From the NCBI GenBank assembly GCA_977017575.1, contig CDRNVI010000223.1, positions 1 to 13,633 on the forward strand: a DNA stretch of 13,633 nucleotides, given 5' to 3'. The notes beneath the pieces were generated by a model. It made no database searches, was not told where the DNA came from, and saw only the letters and a list, made by a program, of their open reading frames with translations. Shown piece by piece: positions 7,506 through 13,633 of this stretch (its first letter is position 1; every line of letters starts with the position of its first letter). Origin of the DNA: Paramoeba atlantica. Taxonomy: Eukaryota; Protista; Discosea. Made by a program: the position numbers and the translations under genes.

Positions 7506-10500
7506 TTACTTATTTCCCTGTGTCGTTAAGAGAGAGTAAGAATTACTCTTTTTCTTATCCTCTTTATCGTCGTCATCACCGGTATCAGACGGCGATAACT
7601 GCCCAAAAAATGACAAACGTGGCGGTGGCGGCTGCGATGAACCCCGTAGTCGCTGCCGTGACGACTGTCTTTCTTTCTCCAAAACAAGCGGCGACTTTCG
7701 CGACGTGGGCTGCTGTTGCATGAGAGGAATAAGAGTAGCATCCTCCTCCTTACCTTCTTCTTTACCCTTCTTCTTATCGCTGTAATCGAGATCAGACGGT
7801 GATGTGTTCTGCGACGGTGATTGCGACGGCGGTGTGGTTGATGACGCAAGCCCAAAAAAAGGCAAATTCGACGACGGTATTTCCAATTTCTTAGACGATT
7901 GCGACGCCAGCTGTGATGACGATGCATGCGACTCCGGTATAACCAGTGGAGACACCGCCGAGAGAATCGACGACTTCGACGGCAGCTTTTCCGACAACGA
8001 CTCCAAAAACGACGGTTTCTTTCCTCCTGTTAAAGGGTCCTCATCGGTAGCAGTGACCTCTTCTTTCGGCGACTGAAACTGCGACGGTACCGGATTTGAT
8101 ATAACTAATGGAGACGGCGGTGGAGGAGACCGCTTTACTCCTACCGACTTCTTCAAAGACGGCGACGGCAGCTTTTCCGACAACGACTCCAAAAACGACG
8201 GTTTCTTTCCTCCTGTTAAAGGGTCCTCATCGGTAGCGGTGACCTCTTCTTTCGGCGACTGAAATTGCGACGGTACCGGATTTGATATAACTAATGGAGG
8301 TGGCGATGGAGGAGACCGTTTTACTCCTACCGACTTCTTCAAAGACTGGGATGAGAACTGTGACGACAACGACTCCAAAAACGATGGTTTCTTCTCCCCT
8401 GTTAAAGAATCCTGCTCAGTGGCAGTGACCTCTTCTTTCGGTGACTGAAGTGTCGAGCGTAGCGGTGGCAACGGTTGCGGTTTGTTACTAGTATCATCCG
8501 GCAGAGGCGCCTGCGGTTGCGACAATCTCCGTCTCCATTGTCGCGGTTGCGACGATGGTATTTGCGGCCGCGGTGACGGTTCTGGCTGTGGCGTTTGCGG
8601 CCGCGATGACGTTTGCTTTGACAAAGAAGAAGGCTGTTTGTTACTTCCCCCTTTCTTTTTTCGATTTACTACCTTTAGGTTTAGCCTTATCCCTTTCTTT
8701 TGAGCACCCTTATTTTCCCCTTTAGGAGGAGCACTACCTACCTGTTGGGCTTCCCTATTTTCTACTTTAGGAGACGCACCATCTATCTGTTGAGCCTCCC
8801 TATTTCCCCCCTGAACATCAACATTTTCTACTTCAGAAGATGATGCATCACTTACATGTTGAACGTCTTGCACATCACCATCTCTCTCCTGAGAACCGCT
8901 ATCTTCTGATTGAACGCCTTGAACATCATCATCTTCCTCTTTACCGTCACTATCTCCCATAGGTATTGGCAGTCTCAGTTGTTTAGAAAAGTTTTGCTCA
9001 GGATTAGAGCGACGATAACAGCAATACAATATCGTGGCAGAAATTGTAGAAACTAGAAACAACGGTGCCAAAACAAATTGTATCCACCATGTAAATCTAT
9101 CATCAGGCTCAAGATTAGAAAATGGGCTCGGACTTGGCGTTGGCGTTAAACTTGGGCTTGGGCCTGTACTCGGTGATAAATCCGAACTCGGTGCCGGACT
9201 CGGACTTACACTTGGACTGGGCGATGAACTCGAAATCGGTATCGGACTCGGACTTACACTTGGACTGGGCGATGAACTCGAAATCGGTATCGGACTCGGA
9301 CTTATGCTTGGACTGGGTGATAAACTCGAAATCGGTACCGGACTCGGACTTGGCTCTGGACTGGGTGATAAACTCGAACTCGATATCGGACTCGGACTTA
9401 TGCTTGGACTGGGTGATGAACTTGAACTCGGTATCGGACTCGGACTTGGAGATGAACTCGGCGATGAACTCGAACTCGGTACCGGACTCGGACTTGGGAT
9501 TGGATTTGGCGATGAACTCGGAATCGGTGACGGACTTGAGTTCGAACTCGGACTTGGTGGCCACATCGGGCAATTTCTAGTATCCACCGAAAAACATCCC
9601 GTACCATCGTTAAAACCAGGTCTAATTGTTTTTTCACAACTCACTTTTTGGTTAAAAAAACCTGTCTCTGCTAATTTTGCAACTTTGTCTGATTCAGGGC
9701 CTTTGATCACATTAGCTTGAACAACATTCGGATGTTCAGTAAATGCTATATGCGGATACCCGACTGCTTGTCCATAAAAGGTCACTGTCTCTCCTGTGAC
9801 TGCATTGCCATTGAATGTCACGATACCAGATGTACTAAAATTCGTGATCTGTGTTGCATTGAACCCTAATAACACTTCCGACACACTGCTGCCATCTGGC
9901 TTGAGTACGGTTAGAGTTAATCCGTCAATCTGTGTATGACCCACGCCAACATACTCTGCATTTCCTTGTGTGATAACTACTAATATGATGTTATTTCCAT
10001 AGCTACCACATAGGCTAGCACTCCCTCTTGCATGTTGCAGATAAAGCTCCAGCTCAGCATTAGTCAGATTGGCATACGTTATCCCCGCTGATAACCTACA
10101 AATACCATGAATAATTATTACATTACTTAAATCACCGCCGTGAATGCCCGGTAGAGTTGGATACAGTAATTTTGCTTTTCGTAAAATGGGGTTCTTTAAC
10201 GTAGCTCCTAGTAAATCTTGCAATATTTGTAGGGCTATTAAGTAAAATGCTGGCCCACCGTCAGCAACATTTGCAATTAATTGACGCTTATCCATACCAT
10301 CAGTCACCTTCACATCATGGCAGTAATATAAACTACCTCGTGGTACGACTGTTTCACCATCAATTGCCACTGTAAATGTCGAGTTGTTTGCCTGGGCAAG
10401 TTCACCTATATTCACTGCAGAGCCACTCTCTTTACCGTAATCAAAAAAGGCTTGATTGACCTCTGGCGAAATCTCATCAGCCATTTCAACACATATACTT

Positions 10501-11981
10501 GTTTCTGGTCTGCCCGATATAATTGAAAACACCCTGACTGTTTTGTCGTAACACGCCATATGTCGCGTATCTTCACACGGTAGCTCGTCGGATAGTCCTC
10601 TACGTTCCTTCTGACGATTTAACCAACGATTTCCTCCAATCGTAGCAATCCAGTTGCTGGCAAAATCTATTAGCTCCACCTGATTTGAGAGCGCATTCGA
10701 GCTTGACTGATAAGAAGAAAGGGAACTTGATCCACTGTTCGCTATCGCACCTGACCCTGCTAAAGGATCAACATCTTTGCTTCCTGATATACCCCGAGTG
10801 ACTGCAGCCGTAGCACCCATTGCCATCAACGGAACAACCCAACCCTTGCTTACTCCAAATTCAGCAGTATGTTTCCCAGACAGTGCTAATAAAGTCGTTA
10901 CGGCTAAACCTGTTACAGCAGCCTTTGGTAATACAGTTGCAGCTAACATAGTTGCACCAACACCCGCAGCACCTAACGCTGCTGTCGTCGCAACTGATGT
11001 CACTATCTCAGTTGCAGTTTGTTGTTGTTCCGTCTCTTCTTCAATCTCATCCAACGCCCCTTCATCATCGAGATCTCTGTACCACTGCGCAAACGAATTA
11101 GGATTGCGTCTTTTTACCAATTCAGGATGACGATCTGCTGCTTGGTGATAGATAAGCGCAGGGTTCTCAATTAAATACGCTCGAAATCCTAAGTGTTTGC
11201 TTAAACTGTCAAAACATTCTGTTTTTAAACGCTCGATAGCTTGCTCTTCTGTCAAACGTAATGTTGCAAGTATCGGATTTTCACCTATGATGGGGTGATT
11301 TATAATGTCAGGCTTTCTATGTAGTAATGCCCCAAGCTTATATAATGCTGAAAACTTAGGTGGTTCACTCACAAGATAAATAGGGGAAGTATTAGCTAAC
11401 TCGTTAAGCAAACAGCCAACTTCTACAGCGTATAAATCAACGTCTTCTAGATCAATTTCACCTACTTCTTCTGAATCATCATCTAGTTGAAAATTGGCTC
11501 TCTCTCCTAAAAAGTTCGCCACTTTTTGAAAGTTATCTGCTTGCTCTAAAAAGCTGATCAGCTTAATGAAATTAAATACAAACGTAAGACGTGCAGTAAA
11601 ATCATCTCCTGAATCATACAACAAACCTGGAATATGTTTAGCTGTACAGCCAGCATCATGATCCAATGCAGGGTGGTAAATTAAACTAGGATACTTAGCA
11701 AGAGCCGTTTGAAATTGCTTATTATTGAGCGTTAAGTCGTTAAATGATTCTTGGTCGAAATTGTCTTGGACGAAATCTAATAGTTCGACCGCTTCGATAA
11801 ACTTGCGTTTATCCCAGCTAGAAAGCCTCAATTGCTTAACAATATCTCCTATTGTTAATTTACTTTGCTGCTGCGCAGTCACAGATTGAAGTCGTTGTAT
11901 TTTCTGCTGTTCAGGCTGTCTCTGCCCAACGTTGCTACTTTCAACTGATTGTTCACTATGCTCATCAAGATCCTGACTCAT
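7506..11981 (-). CDS. Large eukaryote-like membrane protein (~1491 aa), putative secreted effector
   Basis: Long stop-free ORF. AGGGGG RBS 7 nt before ATG 11981. Hydrophobic cluster at ~10800-11006, TM helix at 9009-9089, Ser/Pro repeats and a low-complexity repeat tail. No signal peptide. Confidence 0.88.
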   Translation of the reverse strand: MSQDLDEHSEQSVESSNVGQRQPEQQKIQRLQSVTAQQQSKLTIGDIVKQLRLSSWDKRKFIEAVELLDFVQDNFDQESFNDLTLNNKQFQTALAKYPSLIYHPALDHDAGCTAKHIPGLLYDSGDDFTARLTFVFNFIKLISFLEQADNFQKVANFLGERANFQLDDDSEEVGEIDLEDVDLYAVEVGCLLNELANTSPIYLVSEPPKFSALYKLGALLHRKPDIINHPIIGENPILATLRLTEEQAIERLKTECFDSLSKHLGFRAYLIENPALIYHQAADRHPELVKRRNPNSFAQWYRDLDDEGALDEIEEETEQQQTATEIVTSVATTAALGAAGVGATMLAATVLPKAAVTGLAVTTLLALSGKHTAEFGVSKGWVVPLMAMGATAAVTRGISGSKDVDPLAGSGAIANSGSSSLSSYQSSSNALSNQVELIDFASNWIATIGGNRWLNRQKERRGLSDELPCEDTRHMACYDKTVRVFSIISGRPETSICVEMADEISPEVNQAFFDYGKESGSAVNIGELAQANNSTFTVAIDGETVVPRGSLYYCHDVKVTDGMDKRQLIANVADGGPAFYLIALQILQDLLGATLKNPILRKAKLLYPTLPGIHGGDLSNVIIIHGICRLSAGITYANLTNAELELYLQHARGSASLCGSYGNNIILVVITQGNAEYVGVGHTQIDGLTLTVLKPDGSSVSEVLLGFNATQITNFSTSGIVTFNGNAVTGETVTFYGQAVGYPHIAFTEHPNVVQANVIKGPESDKVAKLAETGFFNQKVSCEKTIRPGFNDGTGCFSVDTRNCPMWPPSPSSNSSPSPIPSSSPNPIPSPSPVPSSSSSPSSSPSPSPIPSSSSSPSPSISPSPISSSSLSPSPEPSPSPVPISSLSPSPSISPSPIPISSSSPSPSVSPSPIPISSSSPSPSVSPSPAPSSDLSPSTGPSPSLTPTPSPSPFSNLEPDDRFTWWIQFVLAPLFLVSTISATILYCCYRRSNPEQNFSKQLRLPIPMGDSDGKEEDDDVQGVQSEDSGSQERDGDVQDVQHVSDASSSEVENVDVQGGNREAQQIDGASPKVENREAQQVGSAPPKGENKGAQKKGIRLNLKVVNRKKKGGSNKQPSSLSKQTSSRPQTPQPEPSPRPQIPSSQPRQWRRRLSQPQAPLPDDTSNKPQPLPPLRSTLQSPKEEVTATEQDSLTGEKKPSFLESLSSQFSSQSLKKSVGVKRSPPSPPPLVISNPVPSQFQSPKEEVTATDEDPLTGGKKPSFLESLSEKLPSPSLKKSVGVKRSPPPPSPLVISNPVPSQFQSPKEEVTATDEDPLTGGKKPSFLESLSEKLPSKSSILSAVSPLVIPESHASSSQLASQSSKKLEIPSSNLPFFGLASSTTPPSQSPSQNTSPSDLDYSDKKKGKEEGKEEDATLIPLMQQQPTSRKSPLVLEKERQSSRQRLRGSSQPPPPRLSFFGQLSPSDTGDDDDKEDKKKSNSYSLLTTQGNK
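7981..8449. repeat. Coding tandem repeat, 186-bp (62-aa) unit, ~2.5 copies
   Basis: GACAACGACTCCAAAAACGA recurs at 7993, 8179 and 8365. Unit: QSPKEEVTATDEDPLTGGKKPSFLESLSEKLPSPSLKKSVGVKRSPPPPSPLVISNPVPSQF. Confidence 0.97.
8691..8804. repeat. Degenerate coding repeat, 45-bp (15-aa) unit, ~2.5 copies
   Basis: NREAQQIDGASPKVE / NREAQQVGSAPPKGE / NKGAQKKG. The Asn codons are at 8802, 8757 and 8712. Confidence 0.75.
9124..9560. repeat. Coding tandem repeat, 48-bp (16-aa, Ser/Pro-rich) unit built from hexamers, ~8 copies
   Basis: GGACTCGGACTT starts units at 9196, 9244, 9292, 9340, 9388, 9436 and 9484. Encodes SPSPSVSPSPIPISSS-like units. Confidence 0.97.
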
Positions 11982-12165
11982 CACAAAACCCCCTGACATG
12001 TCAATGATTAATGATTATTTACTTTTTAGTTGAAATAGTTATTGAAATAGTTTTAGTCTTTCAGAAAACATAATCGCAAACTGTTACAACTGTTTTCTCG
12101 GTTAAAAGCTTTGAGTATGTGAGTTTATATTGTTTGACTTATGCTTAATTTCTCTTCTCAATACG

Positions 12166-13543
12166 TTATAGTGTAAATAGACATGCTGCCTCGCTGGCAG
12201 TACAAATTTCACCCATGCCTCCAGGCCCCCAAGCTGGTGGACCGACTACTCCAGTTGTATCACCTCGAGTAACAGCCAAAGTGACCATATTATCGTAATA
12301 TTCACACCTTGCTTCTCCCAACGCATCGAATTGAGCATCAATGAAAGAAGCATTATCAAGATCAAATCCAACTGCTGACCCTAACCAACCCTCACCACCG
12401 TACTCACCACCACCAAGGGCTTGCAGCTCACTTGGCAACAAACACCTGACTGTAGACAGTTGTTTGTCAACAACAGCCAACACCGCTGTCATCCGTACTG
12501 CTGGATCCCGTATCCAATTTAATAGACTTTGATGTTGTCCGTGTTCTAAATCATTATACGTCCCAGTACCTGGATTTAATGATACATTCAAACGCCCACC
12601 ATTGCTATAGAAGCGACGGTGCGTCGCTAAACTGTCGACATAATCAGTAATTGCCATCAATTCCAATTGCATACCAGCAGGCGATGGCATTAACCAACCG
12701 ATACTACCCCTATACTGACGCTGTGTATGCTGTAACTGCGTACCAAACGTGGCTTTTAATCGTGGTAACAATCGTTGTTCTAATCTCACATGACCACCAA
12801 CACCATCGACATCATCATCATGTGCATCATACTTCGAATTAAAACGCACAATGTCGTAATCCATACCACCGGATAATCGACTGTGTGACCATAAGTGCAA
12901 TGCAACGTTAACATGCACATTACCACTGTTGGCACCCGCTATACGGCGTTGTTCGGTATAAACATTATCAGCTATTTTATCAGAGAGGTTTTTGCTACCC
13001 GAGTAGCTATAGTAACCACCAAAGCCAACTGACTCGATATATGCATTATCGATTAAGTAGGCATAATCACCTCCCACGGCATTTTGATATACCCATCTTG
13101 ATACCGTGCCAGAATCAAAACTAAAATCTAAATTTTCACCTAAAAAACTCATACGTTAATTTAATGCGATGTTTATCCGTTAACCCTAAACCATAAGTAG
13201 TATTCACTCGAATCACATTTGGACCACCGGCAATTTCCAACGCCAGTGCATTTCGTTGAGCTGCATCTAAATAGCTCGCAGCTTTGAGGTCGGTAATAAA
13301 ACCCAACTCCGTATCACCATAAGCACCCATGCTAAATACTTCTGAGTTAACTCTGCCATTACTGGTAGTTGTACTGGATTGCTTAGGACGTATTCTTGAA
13401 GCAGTTGCCCGTCGTTTGGGTAATTTACCCGGGTTTGCTGCGATAATAGTTTGAGTTGAGACTGACCCTATCATTGTAACAATGATTGCGACTAACAGGC
13501 TAAAAGCAAACTGATTACATTTGCTAGTGTGTTTGCTCATCAT
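12166..13543 (-). pseudogene. Inverse autotransporter (intimin/invasin-like, type Ve) beta-barrel protein split by a 1-nt frameshift
   Basis: N-terminal signal-peptide-like segment (MMSKHTSK...FAFSLLVAIIVTMIG). Beta-strand-like segments GPNVIRVNTTYG, RIKLTYEF, WVYQNAVGGDYAY, RRIAGA and LLNWIRDPAVRM resemble Legionellales inverse-autotransporter beta domains as I recall them. Removing one T from the T6 run (13142-13147) joins both ORFs into ~458 aa. Confidence 0.72.
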
Positions 13544-13633
13544 CTTTTCCCTATAAATCCTTTTAAAGAGAATTGTGTCACCACACACAAGGTATCGACT
13601 GTACGATAACGTGGCCTAGATTGACTTCCCTTA

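Noticed and set aside
7506-7700. Arp2/3-activating central-acidic (VCA) motif
   Set aside because: The acidic C-terminal block lacks the conserved Trp, so a WASP/RickA-type mimic is not supported.
7520-8703. Overlapping ORFs 7520-7723, 7526-7927, 7804-8076 and 8482-8703
   Set aside because: Stop-free alternative frames caused by the low-complexity TCG/CCG-rich tail of the large gene.
9034-9720. Gly-Leu, Ser-Asp-Leu, Glu-Phe and Arg-Val repeat ORFs in other frames, and a possible CRISPR array
   Set aside because: All derive from the 48-bp hexamer-based coding repeat. There are no unique spacers and no cas genes.
10590-10620. Furin-like cleavage site RQKERR before the Cys-rich domain
   Set aside because: P4 is Lys rather than Arg, so it is not a canonical R-x-x-R site. 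Too weak to report.
10777-11130. 117-aa plus-strand ORF
   Set aside because: Antisense shadow of the Ala/Thr-rich hydrophobic segment.
12001-12025. Fur box
   Set aside because: Only about 11/19 matches in a very AT-rich region.
12341-12842. ORFs 12341-12532 and 12651-12842 (+)
   Set aside because: Antisense shadows of the autotransporter gene. The His run mirrors Asp/Val/Gly codons on the coding strand.

Overview
Gammaproteobacterial chromosome segment; the host looks Legionellales/Coxiellaceae-like and host-associated (inferred, not proven). Core genes are on the left: the 3' end of riboflavin synthase and the convergent ppiD. They are followed by a probable small + strand RNA with attenuator-like structure, a very AT-rich gene cut off by an IS3-family element (intact orfA/orfB, A7G -1 frameshift site, no target-site duplication), and an alphaproteobacterial-looking cspA + DEAD-box (DETD) helicase module. 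The right half encodes a ~1490-aa protein built like a eukaryotic membrane protein: N-terminal hydrophobic cluster, Cys-rich domain, Ser/Pro stalk, TM helix with a juxtamembrane Cys pair, and a disordered tail of 62-aa repeats with WH2-like (FLESL-x8-LKKS) and proline-rich motifs. Directly upstream lies a frameshifted inverse-autotransporter beta-barrel gene with a tiny passenger. The best novelty candidate is the large protein as a membrane-anchored, actin/SH3-engaging host-mimic effector. This is motif-level inference only.
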